Shown here in pieces: positions 1-9,532 of a stretch of DNA of 64,000 nt. Below the pieces are notes generated by a model. It had not been told where the DNA came from. It did not search any database and was given only the letters and a program-made list of their open reading frames with translations. How positions within the stretch are numbered: position 1 is the stretch's first letter; each line of letters starts with the position of its first letter. The DNA is taken from the NCBI GenBank assembly GCA_003602535.1, contig QQSA01000078.1, positions 4,405 to 68,404 of the forward strand. Reading direction: 5' to 3'. A program made the position numbers and the translations under genes. Source of the stretch: Candidatus Poseidoniales archaeon (GTDB lineage: Archaea; Thermoplasmatota; Poseidoniia; Poseidoniales; Poseidoniaceae).

Positions 1-561
1 TGGAGCTATCAAAACTCTTTGACCATCTGGCTTTGCCCACATAATATCTGTAAATTCTCCAAATGGTGATTCATTCCATGCCCCAACAACAATTCTGTCT
101 CCAGTCGAAAATCCACTAGAAGTTATTCGGCCTTTGAAAACATCCATCATATCGATTAGTTTCTCTTTACCCTTGAACGGAGTTACCTCACCTATCCAGG
201 TGATTGTGATGATTAGAATAATCTGAATCACTAATCTCACTACATGCCAGATATCATCGTATGTTGTTCCATTCAGTGGAATATCATTGTACCACATGTT
301 GAAATTGGCCCAGTATAGTACAACTAACATCCAAGCAATTCCAACAGATGCTAGAGATCTAGTTCTAGGGATGATTAACATCAAACCAAGTACTGCTTCA
401 AAGAAACCGCTGAGTAGAACCCAAAATGTTGCAGAAGGCAATACCTCGGGAACAATTGGTTCATACCATTCTGGATTTATGAAATGGTCCACTCCTACCT
501 TGATGAAGGCAAGGCCTAAGCCTAAAGCCAACAAATCTCGTAAGGTGATTTTAGTTTTCAC
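1..561 (-). CDS. DoxX-like (DoxX_2/COG4270-type) membrane protein fused to a C-terminal extracytoplasmic domain; 5'-partial at the window edge. Probable GTG start at 561.
   Basis: Manual minus-strand translation gives (M)KTKITLRDLLALGLGLAFIKVGVDHFINPEWYEPIVPEVLPSATFWVLLSGFFEAVLGLMLIIPRTRSLASVGIAWMLVVLYWANF..., matching the DoxX-like motif pattern (INPEWY...VP..LP...SG..E..LG). The frame stays open to position 1. It is absent from the ORF track because it has a GTG start and runs off the edge. The plus-strand ORF 287..634 is its antisense shadow. Confidence 0.5.
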   Translation of the reverse strand, partial: MKTKITLRDLLALGLGLAFIKVGVDHFINPEWYEPIVPEVLPSATFWVLLSGFFEAVLGLMLIIPRTRSLASVGIAWMLVVLYWANFNMWYNDIPLNGTTYDDIWHVVRLVIQIILIITITWIGEVTPFKGKEKLIDMMDVFKGRITSSGFSTGDRIVVGAWNESPFGEFTDIMWAKPDGQRVLIAP

Positions 562-632
562 ATGCCTTCGAAATCAACTTGATAAAAAAAGGAATGTAAT
601 TTACCAAAGGGTAAATCAGCGATTTGAAAATT

Positions 633-671
633 AAAAAAAGCCCTTCACAGAGCCGAAGTTCTGTGAAGGGC
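633..671 (-). terminator. Intrinsic-type terminator hairpin: 12-bp perfect stem GCCCTTCACAGA/TCTGTGAAGGGC with an 8-nt loop, followed on the minus strand by T7.
   Basis: The inverted repeat is visible at 640-671, and the A7 run at 633-639 is T7 on the minus strand. It lies immediately downstream of the MC1 gene stop at 713. Confidence 0.6.
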
Positions 672-712
672 GAAGTCCCAAAGGGTGTTAGCAATCAATC
701 TTGATCCTTAGT

Positions 713-979
713 TCAAAGGTGCTCGATTCCTTGCTTCTTTACGTTAGCCTTCTTGATCTTGTCAGGAAGCCACGCTGGGCCATTTGCAGGCTTGTCTACC
801 TGTGTAATGCTGCCAGTGAAAACGTGGACTCTCTTTGTTCCACGCTCGCGTAGGCGTATGTCGGTGTGACCGCGAGTTGCTGCTTTTAGGGCTGCTCCTC
901 TAGGTTGTTTGCTTGCAAATACTTGGCTGGTGTCTTTTCCGCCCTTCATCAGGACGAAGTACTTCTTTCCATCGCTCAT
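713..979 (-). CDS. Archaeal chromosomal protein MC1
   Basis: The 88-aa basic protein contains ...KQPRGAALKAATRG...IRLRERGTKRVHVFTG...PAWLPDKI..KANVKK..IE.L, collinear with Methanosarcina MC1 (KQPRQAALKAANRG, IRLRERGTKKVHVF, RPAWMP). Confidence 0.8.
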   Translation of the reverse strand: MSDGKKYFVLMKGGKDTSQVFASKQPRGAALKAATRGHTDIRLRERGTKRVHVFTGSITQVDKPANGPAWLPDKIKKANVKKQGIEHL

Positions 980-1117
980 AGGTTATACCTCGGCACCCCT
1001 ACGAACTCCTAAAGGTTATAATATTTCCCCCAACAAACCGCTATACTGCGCCTCATATTGCACGCAGTAGGCCTTTTCGAAAGCCACTTTAGAGCAGTAT
1101 TGCTTTTGGCTATAGAT

Positions 1118-1357
1118 TTAAAATTCGGCTCCGGCAAGAGTCTTAGAATCGGTAACTCCAGGTACTTGTCGAATTATATCAACTACAGTTTGTGCAATGA
1201 TTCCTAAGGTGTCAGCTTCTAACTTTACAATAATATCATAATCGCCGAACAGAAGAGTTGAATCTACAACATTCTCGATCTCCTTAATCATTTGAAAGAC
1301 CTCGTACTCCTTGCCAGGAGAGACGTTTACCAGAACATATCCTACCGCCATGTACAA
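1118..1357 (-). CDS. Stand-alone Lrp/AsnC C-terminal (RAM/ACT-like) domain protein
   Basis: A 79-aa protein with the typical RAM-domain pattern (VNV.PGKEYEVF..IKEIENVVDSTLLFGDYDIIVKLEADTLGIIAQ). Confidence 0.65.
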   Translation of the reverse strand: MYMAVGYVLVNVSPGKEYEVFQMIKEIENVVDSTLLFGDYDIIVKLEADTLGIIAQTVVDIIRQVPGVTDSKTLAGAEF

Positions 1358-1382
1358 GCCAAGAATTCAAACTTGATGAAAC

Positions 1383-4300
1383 CTATGTTAATCTTAGATC
1401 ATCAAGGCTTTCTCGATATTGTTGCCATTGCTCTTCTTCCCAATCATCCGGCATAGGACCATCTAACCAGTTCAAAAATTCTTCAAGTGACCACCCTTCT
1501 GGGATTCTATCATCACTTTGAGGTGATGATTCTTCGACATTCCAGGTTTCAACTTCTTCGTTATCTTCTTTCGATCTAAATTTCAAACTGAATACGATTA
1601 TTGTGCCAAGTAGCAATAATATCCCTGAAATCGCCAACGGAGTAGATATTGACTGACTACTTTCATCAGCCTTTTCATCGACATCATCACAACCCTCTTC
1701 ACATTCAATTGGAGGATCAATGTAAAACGATGAAGAATAATTTACAGTATTGTCACTCCAATCAATGCAAGAGATATTGAAAGTCATGTTTCCTGACAAG
1801 CTATTCGGTAAAATCCATGATGATGTCCAGAAACCGGACTCATCTAGATCTGTAACCGCGCTATTTTCTCGAGAGTATACCTGAATACCATTTTGGAAAT
1901 AGTTGATCCCACAGGTCGCGTCAATTCCATCGGCATCTTCCATTTCAACAAGCACTTCAAATGCAGAGCCATGTGAGATATTCAAATCGTGGATTACTTC
2001 TATTGTTGGTGGAGAGTGCATGAATTCAAATTGAAGATAAGAATTCGATGCTATTTCATCAATATCAACTATCCTTACACCCAAACTTCCTTCTCCGGGA
2101 ACAAATGATGAATCCAATCGGATTCTAAAATGATAGATTCCGTTTTGTTCGGGAACATCAGTACCGCAATTGGCTGGGACCTGAGATGGTGCAGAAACAA
2201 TCCAACCGAATTGCTCAAGATTCGCTGTAACCGAAGCTACTGGGCGAGATGAATGAATTCGAACAACAGCATCGGCAGATTGGCCGAACATCAATTGATC
2301 AACCTTGGTTTCATTTTGGCAGAGGTCTATCGACAATATTGTTGGCGGGCTCAATAGAATAGTTGTTTCGAGAGATGATGTGCTACTCGCCCCATTTGCC
2401 CCTGTTACGGAGATATTAATTTGCAGACTACCGCTTTCGATTATATCAGTTGTAGATAATTGAATCATCGACAAACCATTATCAAAAACAACAGGGATTG
2501 TGTAAGGGCTTTGACCTGGCCATTTGATTGTGACATCGCCATAGACATTGCTTACTGTATCATCAGCATCGGTCACTATAATTCTGAGTTGCTCGTCTCC
2601 ACTCGCAACAACATTCTCAACCTGATTTCCAGATTGATCGACTATTGACATATCGATTACAGGGGCTTGGTCTCTTATTTTGATAGTCCTACTTGTCAAG
2701 AAATCTCCACTATTACTTCTTAATTCAAGACTGAATGAATCTAGACTTGTTTGCGTTGGAATCGTCAACGAGGCTATGTAGCAGTGATGCTCTGAACTGC
2801 TACCTTGACGATGTGACATACCATCGATATTACCACGTTCCGATATGAAAATCGGCAAATCGATTGCCGGATTGTGATCGGGATCTAATACGCAAGCCTT
2901 CAGTGTTGTAACATATCCTCTTCTCAATCCGATATACGGGTTTGAAGTAAGTACAGAGGCACCGCCCCATTCTGAGTCATCCACCCCCGAAACATGGATT
3001 CCAAACCAGAATGCGGGTGCATTTCTAATTTGAGCAATTGCAAGTGAAGTGGAATTCGTCGTGAGATTTGATTGGTCGGTAGAGATTACCTGTAAATCAA
3101 GTACACCAAGAGGGATGTCCGCTGGTAAATCGATAGTTGTCCACCAAAGGAACCCGTCCTGACTACCAGTATTTTGCCAAACCCATTCTGTACTATTATT
3201 TCCGAAACTTACTCTCCAAGCAATTTGTACCGAATCAACTGAAACATCATCTGAAGCTTCAATACTACAAACGAACCTGTCCCCTCTGCTATACTGAGTA
3301 GAATCACAAAAGATGTCTTCTATTACGGGTGGTGTGTTTACCCACAAAGTTAGATCGAATATATTGTTGTCAATATTCCTTTCAGGATTTATTGGGGTTG
3401 TTGCTTGCCATCTGATTACAAGATTGTTCCATCCGTCTCTTGACGTGTTTAACTGTAATTTGATTATTTGGCGACTACCATTTAACTCGCCATTAGGAAT
3501 TGTTAGAGATTGATTTACAAGCATGATGCTGCCTAATTTGTCAATCACACTTAACTCTCCAACCGCATCACCTGGGCCGATATTTTGTAGTGCGATTTCG
3601 ATTTCAAAATCCTGATTTTGTGAAACATTTTCCACTACTCGAACATCTATGATTTCGATATCATGAACAATATCGGCGTAAGGACTCATCTTTGGGTCTC
3701 CAACAACAACACCCATCCAACTAATCATTGTATTAGCTGCAGCATATGACTCGGCTAGATTGAAACCGCTTGTGTAAGATGATAACAGCACACTTGGAGA
3801 GGATACTGCTGTTAGATATGGTTCATACACGTAACCTTTGATTCCACTCGCTCCATCCTCAAGAATATCTGCAACCAGAGATTGCCCGTATGAGGTTCCC
3901 CAATTGAAGGATCTAGCTCCTGTACTTACCGCGGTTTCTACTATCGAACCATTTACCCAATTCATATGTGGCCTGATTACCCTCAATACTGTTGAATCAA
4001 TGAATAACGATCCTTCTGTGGAGGTAGGTACTATGTCGAGAGATATTCTAATTTTGAATGATGTCGCATTAGCATCTGGTCTAAATCTCATACTTTTGGA
4101 GCTCCAATCTACGTTGAATGCCTGATTAGATGATTCGTTGTTATTCAATTCGTTTCCATTAGAATCATACGATGTAACTTGAATATTGTATTCTCCAAAT
4201 ACATCTCCAGTTCTCTTACCATGAGTGTATACAACCCAAGCATGGTTAGTAAAATTAGTAGGTATACTGTGAGTTGTTTCTAAGTAAGCAACTCCCTGAC

Positions 4301-6509
4301 CGTTACCCGAATACGATGAACAATTGTTGACAATATCTCGGTTTAGGCTTGTAATTGAACCATTGGTCAATGCTGTGTCCCAGATCATTAGATTGTCAAT
4401 CATGCCCTCGAAATGTGAATTCCCTGCCCGGTTTACACCTAATTTGTATAAATCAAAATTATTTATCGAACCATTAGGGAAATAATTGGTATTAACCAAA
4501 ACTCCATCCATGTATTGCCTTGTATATCCGGATTCGTAAACAGTTACTAGATGTGTCCATTTTTGGGGATTAACATCTCCAAATGCTAGAGACTGATTGT
4601 TGTGTAATTTCCATTTACCTCCAGAGATCATATGCTGAAATGATTGATTCGAACCTGCTGCATCATCGATTGCGAAGGTAGAGGCATAGGTAGATTGATT
4701 GGAAATATTAGCCCAAACCCATTGACTGACTGAAAAATTACCCAACCAATCATCGACATTGACCTTAGCATAGTCATCAACACCATCGTACCATAGGCAA
4801 TCTCCATCTATGCAAGTTTTCCAGTTGGTTGAATTCATACCGTAAAGAGTAAAATTAGAACCATTAGATAAACTATCATTAGTTTGATTTCCAGAACCTT
4901 CATCAAAATTCCAATGATGAATCAGATTGTCATTTTGAGGTATGTAATCTCCTGCAACGTAAAATGCAGAAGAAGGGATTGTCGCTTTGCTAACATTATC
5001 ACTCTGCCATGATAATTTTAGTCCATGAGGGCCTCCTCCTTGGAAAAATTCAACTCTAAAATCATGATAGCCTTCGGTTAAGTTTAGGATTACTGAATGT
5101 TCTCTCATTCCATGCATTCCATAATTTTGGATTGCACTTTGTCCATCGATCCATAACTCACTGCCATCATCCGAGTTAAGATAAAATGTCCAATTTCCAG
5201 ATTCTGGAATATCGATTAAACCACTGAACCTAGCCCCCCAGTTATGTTTGAAACGGTTATCCAAACCAGGGTACGGGCTTCCGGACGAAGAATAAGCAAG
5301 ACTACTTTCTAAACGAATATGATCTGGAACTCTATCAATTAAATCAGGCATTGAGGCCGAATTAAAACTGATTCCTTCATTGTCAAAATATTCGGCGAAT
5401 ATTCCCTGCAACATTTCGCCTGATTCTTGGTTACAATCTGTAGATATTTGTGCTTCTAATGCTCCATTTCCACCTTGCTTGGTTTGTGTTTGATATGTCC
5501 AGTTAAATTCGTCTCCAGAGGAAACAGAAGGAGATGTAGCATTCCAATATCTAGAACCGCTAGTCCAAGCCGTATCAGTAGTATCAAAGCCGCCATTAGA
5601 GAGGTAATTCTTATTCCAATTCCCGTCATTACTTCCCCATGATGCATATCCAATTACATTGGAGAGATTAGTGACAAATTCTGTTTCTTCATCAAAGTAT
5701 ACTGGGAGATTCATTGTTCCGTTCAAAGTACTGTTAGTCACATACAAATCATCATTCCAGAATTTGTATCCAGACTCATTTCTATTTGTTGCCAAATCAA
5801 GTACATGAGTTCCTCTCGAGCCGTAAGAATTGTTTGCTTTCTCAATCAATTCTAGAGCGGTGTCTACAGAATATCCTGTTAGCCTTGTAACCAAAAAGAA
5901 TCCATATTCATCCCTAGTGAATTCCTTCATCTCTTTTCCTGCTAATGGCCCATAACCATGATTGGTCCACCAGTTTGACCCGATGTCCGCATCATAACTT
6001 CCTCCGACTAATGCTATCTCTTGATCAAATGATGCTTTACTATCTCCGCCACTAACTCTCAGTGGGATCCCCTTAGTTGTGACAAGGTAATTGATATCGC
6101 TACCATTGTATTCAGACAACATAAGTCTGAACGGTTCGAGGAAGTATGTCTCAAACTGATTTCGATTGATTGTTTCGCCCGTTGGAGTTGAAGAATTATC
6201 GAATATGAATATTCGATCAGAACTGATGTTTCTTGCAGTTACAAACGCCCAACCAATAGTTCGGCTAGCTTCTGATTGATTGTTGATTAACACCACCACG
6301 TCGCTGTAGTCGACAGCGGTTGAGAGATTGAATCCGCCAGGTACAGCAACTGTGCGGAATGGTGACTCGTTCCAGACATCATTCGATGTACTGGAAGCAT
6401 CGTATCTTGGCTCTTCAATATTGATATTTGAAGATACATCTGTTGGGATATGGATGCCTCCTAAGACAAAAAGCGCGACGAGTAGAAGCGCTTTTCTCAT
6501 AGAGGACAT
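1383..6509 (-). CDS. Giant (1708 aa) N-glycosylation-rich surface protein. It has a signal peptide, PA14-like, LamG/ConA-like lectin and CARDB-like domains, then a C-terminal TM helix and an acidic cytoplasmic tail.
   Basis: N-terminal MSSMRKALLLVALFVLGG is a signal peptide. PA14-like segment: GLIDIPESGNWTFYLNSDDGSELWIDGQ...GYHDFRVEFFQGGGPHGLKLSWQ. LamG-like segment: WYDGVDDYAKV...HLVTVYESGYTRQYMDGVLV...FEGMIDNLMIWDTAL. CARDB-like segment: VSQNQDFEIEIALQNIGPGDAVGE. C-terminus is ISGILLLLGTIIVFSL followed by a D/E/W-rich tail. NxS/T sequons are dense throughout. Confidence 0.8.
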   Translation of the reverse strand: MSSMRKALLLVALFVLGGIHIPTDVSSNINIEEPRYDASSTSNDVWNESPFRTVAVPGGFNLSTAVDYSDVVVLINNQSEASRTIGWAFVTARNISSDRIFIFDNSSTPTGETINRNQFETYFLEPFRLMLSEYNGSDINYLVTTKGIPLRVSGGDSKASFDQEIALVGGSYDADIGSNWWTNHGYGPLAGKEMKEFTRDEYGFFLVTRLTGYSVDTALELIEKANNSYGSRGTHVLDLATNRNESGYKFWNDDLYVTNSTLNGTMNLPVYFDEETEFVTNLSNVIGYASWGSNDGNWNKNYLSNGGFDTTDTAWTSGSRYWNATSPSVSSGDEFNWTYQTQTKQGGNGALEAQISTDCNQESGEMLQGIFAEYFDNEGISFNSASMPDLIDRVPDHIRLESSLAYSSSGSPYPGLDNRFKHNWGARFSGLIDIPESGNWTFYLNSDDGSELWIDGQSAIQNYGMHGMREHSVILNLTEGYHDFRVEFFQGGGPHGLKLSWQSDNVSKATIPSSAFYVAGDYIPQNDNLIHHWNFDEGSGNQTNDSLSNGSNFTLYGMNSTNWKTCIDGDCLWYDGVDDYAKVNVDDWLGNFSVSQWVWANISNQSTYASTFAIDDAAGSNQSFQHMISGGKWKLHNNQSLAFGDVNPQKWTHLVTVYESGYTRQYMDGVLVNTNYFPNGSINNFDLYKLGVNRAGNSHFEGMIDNLMIWDTALTNGSITSLNRDIVNNCSSYSGNGQGVAYLETTHSIPTNFTNHAWVVYTHGKRTGDVFGEYNIQVTSYDSNGNELNNNESSNQAFNVDWSSKSMRFRPDANATSFKIRISLDIVPTSTEGSLFIDSTVLRVIRPHMNWVNGSIVETAVSTGARSFNWGTSYGQSLVADILEDGASGIKGYVYEPYLTAVSSPSVLLSSYTSGFNLAESYAAANTMISWMGVVVGDPKMSPYADIVHDIEIIDVRVVENVSQNQDFEIEIALQNIGPGDAVGELSVIDKLGSIMLVNQSLTIPNGELNGSRQIIKLQLNTSRDGWNNLVIRWQATTPINPERNIDNNIFDLTLWVNTPPVIEDIFCDSTQYSRGDRFVCSIEASDDVSVDSVQIAWRVSFGNNSTEWVWQNTGSQDGFLWWTTIDLPADIPLGVLDLQVISTDQSNLTTNSTSLAIAQIRNAPAFWFGIHVSGVDDSEWGGASVLTSNPYIGLRRGYVTTLKACVLDPDHNPAIDLPIFISERGNIDGMSHRQGSSSEHHCYIASLTIPTQTSLDSFSLELRSNSGDFLTSRTIKIRDQAPVIDMSIVDQSGNQVENVVASGDEQLRIIVTDADDTVSNVYGDVTIKWPGQSPYTIPVVFDNGLSMIQLSTTDIIESGSLQINISVTGANGASSTSSLETTILLSPPTILSIDLCQNETKVDQLMFGQSADAVVRIHSSRPVASVTANLEQFGWIVSAPSQVPANCGTDVPEQNGIYHFRIRLDSSFVPGEGSLGVRIVDIDEIASNSYLQFEFMHSPPTIEVIHDLNISHGSAFEVLVEMEDADGIDATCGINYFQNGIQVYSRENSAVTDLDESGFWTSSWILPNSLSGNMTFNISCIDWSDNTVNYSSSFYIDPPIECEEGCDDVDEKADESSQSISTPLAISGILLLLGTIIVFSLKFRSKEDNEEVETWNVEESSPQSDDRIPEGWSLEEFLNWLDGPMPDDWEEEQWQQYRESLDDLRLT

Positions 6510-6569
6510 GGCACTAGGGCAGGATTGTTATTCAAAGTCACTTCGATTGATTGTATGTTGTAAAAAAAG

Positions 6570-7253
6570 GTGATTTATCGGTTTTTAGTCAATGTGTATA
6601 TGAAGGTCGGCCCCCCCTGCCCTAACATGGTCGAATTGTACATGGCGCGAAAATGTCGCTGGGGAGTCCTTCGAGTAATAGGAGGAGACCTACATCTACA
6701 AGAGGCCGATGCAGTAGTCACACCTGCAAACAATAGACTATCTGGCAGAGAAGGTATCGATTCTCAAATACACAAAGCAGCCGGAGATGAATTGCGTGAA
6801 TTCTGTCGAGAGGTTAGTATCGAACAACGTAAACTGAACCTACCTCCGTGCCCGGTTACAAGTAATGTAGTTTCAAAACCATATAATCTTGAAAATCGAT
6901 TCAAACATATTATCCATGTTGTAAGCCCTGATTGTAGAAGGCCAAATCAGGATGAGTCTCGTAGAACTCTATTGCCTACAGCATATGAAAATCTATTTTC
7001 AACACTAAAAGATCTCAAGGATGTAAGTGTTGTCGCTGCGCCCCCACTTTCGATGGGCGTATTTGCGTACCCGCACAGAGAAGGTGCTCGTCTAACACTC
7101 GAATGCCTACTAGGGATATTAGATGGAGAAAAAGATCCTGGAATTAAGGAATACAACATCATTGTTAAGGAAAGAAATTTCATCAAAAACATGAGAATAG
7201 TCTACCGTGAGTCGGAAGACCAACTTCCTGGCATTGACACCACAATGGAATGA
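6570..7253 (+). CDS. Macro domain protein (ADP-ribose binding / O-acetyl-ADP-ribose deacetylase-like). The true start is probably an internal Met (6600/6627/6642).
   Basis: VIGGDLHLQEADAVVTPANNRLSGREGIDSQIHKAAG...AAPPLSMGVFAYP matches the macro-domain motifs (GDIT..VDAIVNAAN..L.GGGGVDGAIHRAAG; PxISTGVYGYP). Confidence 0.7.
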   Translation: MIYRFLVNVYMKVGPPCPNMVELYMARKCRWGVLRVIGGDLHLQEADAVVTPANNRLSGREGIDSQIHKAAGDELREFCREVSIEQRKLNLPPCPVTSNVVSKPYNLENRFKHIIHVVSPDCRRPNQDESRRTLLPTAYENLFSTLKDLKDVSVVAAPPLSMGVFAYPHREGARLTLECLLGILDGEKDPGIKEYNIIVKERNFIKNMRIVYRESEDQLPGIDTTME

Positions 7254-7262
7254 GGTGAATAA

Positions 7263-8111
7263 ATGGTCGATCTGCCAAATATGGTAGCCTCGACTATCGA
7301 AAATGATCGTTCAGGTTTCACAGCCGCTGTTCTACTTTCAAACAACTCTAGAACAGTTCGGAAAATTAGAGAGTTATTACCAACAAAACTTCGGATGGTA
7401 ACTCTTACTTCTTCTTCAAAGGTTTATGAAAATCTCAAAGAGTCTAATATCGATGTAGAACTTCTTGAAGATTCACTATCCTCACAAGGTTTGTCAGTTC
7501 TAAATAGCCTCCATGACATCATCCTACAAGGTTTAGGTGAAGGTCGTTTCAAGTCTAACGATAGAATATTGGCGATTCTAGGTGAGCCAATGGATGGAGT
7601 AATAATAATCGAAGCTAATAGCTTAACTTCCAACCGTCTAGCTATTATGGCACAAGAGCATAGTATCGATATTGGAGTTCTTGCAAGGCTGATGGAATTA
7701 GCTCGACACATAGGAAGTAGAGGTCGAGAAGGGCATGCAGTTGGAGCATTATTTGCCATTGGATCCGTACCTAAATTGAGAAGATATTCCACCGCATTAG
7801 TATTGAACCCGTTCAAAGGTCATTCAGATTCTAAAAAGAGTGTTCTAGACACAAATAATCACGAAACATTAGCCGAATTCGCATGGCTAGATGGTGCAAT
7901 CCTATTCAATTCGAAAGGAATTGCTAGCGATGCAGGACGATATGTACAGGTCCCATCTGGAATTGCATCCAAACCTGGAGAAGGTGGTAGACACTTGGCT
8001 GCTCGTTCTATCAGCCAACTTGCAGATGCAATTTCGATATGTGTCTCCTCCAGTGGAGTAATCACATTGTATTCTAAAGGAAGAGAAAGATACCGCGTCA
8101 GGCTCTCTTAA
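7263..8111 (+). CDS. dacZ: Diadenylate cyclase (DAC/DisA_N domain), archaeal DacZ-type
   Basis: C-terminal half: GHAVGALFAIGS...LDGAILFNSKGIASDAGRYVQVP...GGRHLAARSISQLADAISICVSSSGVITLYSKG. This is collinear with the DAC-domain core (GALFVIG...DGAIII...GTRHRAA...VSE.G.I). It starts 10 nt after the macro gene stop. Confidence 0.7.
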   Translation: MVDLPNMVASTIENDRSGFTAAVLLSNNSRTVRKIRELLPTKLRMVTLTSSSKVYENLKESNIDVELLEDSLSSQGLSVLNSLHDIILQGLGEGRFKSNDRILAILGEPMDGVIIIEANSLTSNRLAIMAQEHSIDIGVLARLMELARHIGSRGREGHAVGALFAIGSVPKLRRYSTALVLNPFKGHSDSKKSVLDTNNHETLAEFAWLDGAILFNSKGIASDAGRYVQVPSGIASKPGEGGRHLAARSISQLADAISICVSSSGVITLYSKGRERYRVRLS

Positions 8112-8814
8112 TCGCTTCATCCATAGTCAATTCGCCGCATGCAACCATTCTAGCCAATTCAGTTGAAATTGTAATATCTCCAGAACTGTGTATTCTCGAT
8201 TGTCTCTTTACTTCCCGTAAATCGCCATCGGTAGGTTCCAATTTACGGATTTGATATGCTCTTTCTCCTTTGATTAGAGCAATTCTTGTAGCTGCATGAA
8301 TATGGGCCTTTGATCTTGAACCTGAACTGGTTCTATGTTCACTTACTTGGTATGTTTCAATATCTCTTTGCAGCAATTGATTGATGATTCTATCTCTGAT
8401 TAGCGGAGCACCGTCACCTACTTTGGCAATCATTCGCAGGTGTTCAACCGCGGTAGATAGAGCAACTATGTGGTCTGCAACAGTGTCGATACTTTCCAGT
8501 TGAGCGCTTCCTACAACCACTCCATCTGCCAACCATGCTAAACCGGGTCTTGGCCCTGGGTCGATTCCGAATACCAATTGAACTGCATTATCAAGACCTC
8601 TTGATGCTTGTATTGCCCTTTCAACAGCGATTTCGATATTCTCCTCGACCGCTGGTATTTCTCCATCAATTACCTCTTCAGGCGAGGTCAGTAAAACACC
8701 GTCCCATGAATCTTCAGATGATAGCATAACAAAGTTACATTTTCTTCTCTTCAATTCTCGCATCAAATGGAAAGAAAGTCGGAAATCTTCCGTTCTAACT
8801 GCTATGCGGCGCAC
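8098..8814 (-). CDS. Uncharacterised protein with an RNase H-like (RuvC/YqgF-type) domain
   Basis: VQLVFGIDPGPRPGLAWLADGVVVGS... resembles the first beta-hairpin/Asp motif of RuvC/YqgF-fold nucleases (GIDPG...G.A). No further family assignment is possible by eye. Confidence 0.4.
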   Translation of the reverse strand: MRRIAVRTEDFRLSFHLMRELKRRKCNFVMLSSEDSWDGVLLTSPEEVIDGEIPAVEENIEIAVERAIQASRGLDNAVQLVFGIDPGPRPGLAWLADGVVVGSAQLESIDTVADHIVALSTAVEHLRMIAKVGDGAPLIRDRIINQLLQRDIETYQVSEHRTSSGSRSKAHIHAATRIALIKGERAYQIRKLEPTDGDLREVKRQSRIHSSGDITISTELARMVACGELTMDEAIKRA

Positions 8815-8896
8815 ATACGGCCGTAGGCGTAATCACGCTTCAATATGACGCGTAAACAACGATATCATCAAAAGCATTTGACAATGATTCTGTATT

Positions 8897-9532
8897 GTGG
8901 GAAGTCAATACGAACGAGAACTTCGGGCAGTGCTTGCAGGTATTCCTAAGGGTGTAGATGCAGTGACTAGATCTTGTGATCATGTAGCGAAAGCAAAGGC
9001 CATGCAAGTTGTTGAAAGGCCGTTTCTGGTCGTTAGAGCTGCTGGTTCAGGAATGGAAGGAAGCGGGGATTTACTAGCACTTAGAGGAGACATGTGTTTT
9101 CCAATCGAAGTTAAGAGTTCTAAAAAATCAAAATTATACCTCTCAGGGCGTACATGGGACCAATACCTCGCAATGGTCTATGAAGGTCAAAGATGCGATT
9201 TGATGCCACTTTACGCTTACAGATTGAAAGGTGTAAGAGGTGATTCGTGGAGAATTTTCCGTGTAGAAGTTGGCAAGTTAAGTGGCAGGCTAGGGATTTT
9301 AGCTAGACGAATACCTGCTTTACCAGTTACTCGTAACGGAAAGGAGTTTCTGGATTGGGAAAAGGGTATGCCATTGCATCAATTTTTGTCATTAGTATGC
9401 AGGAAGGCTGCAAGTCCGTCCCTAGAGTCCTTGGATAAAAGAATCAAAAATATCGATTTGACTGGAGAAGATGAAATGGAAACTTCTCAAACACGTATCA
9501 CGGAAATCATCACAGATATGGCCCAATTATGA
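8897..9532 (+). CDS. hjc: Holliday junction resolvase Hjc with a ~70-aa C-terminal extension
   Basis: YERELRAVLAG...FLVVRAAGSGMEGSGDLLALRGDMCFPIEVKSSKKSKLYL matches Hjc (ERx..L...GFAVVRAPASGS....PDIIAL.....I.IEVKS....IY). Confidence 0.75.
   Translation: MGSQYERELRAVLAGIPKGVDAVTRSCDHVAKAKAMQVVERPFLVVRAAGSGMEGSGDLLALRGDMCFPIEVKSSKKSKLYLSGRTWDQYLAMVYEGQRCDLMPLYAYRLKGVRGDSWRIFRVEVGKLSGRLGILARRIPALPVTRNGKEFLDWEKGMPLHQFLSLVCRKAASPSLESLDKRIKNIDLTGEDEMETSQTRITEIITDMAQL

Noticed and set aside
287-634. 115-aa plus-strand ORF
   Set aside because: It lies entirely antisense to a coherent DoxX-like membrane-protein reading frame (GTG start at 561, open to the window edge). It has no recognisable features.
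2460-5653. Several small ORFs (2460..2648, 3313..3513, 3838..4125, 5456..5653) inside the giant protein gene
   Set aside because: Nested in or antisense to a long, domain-bearing reading frame. They are typical spurious ORFs.
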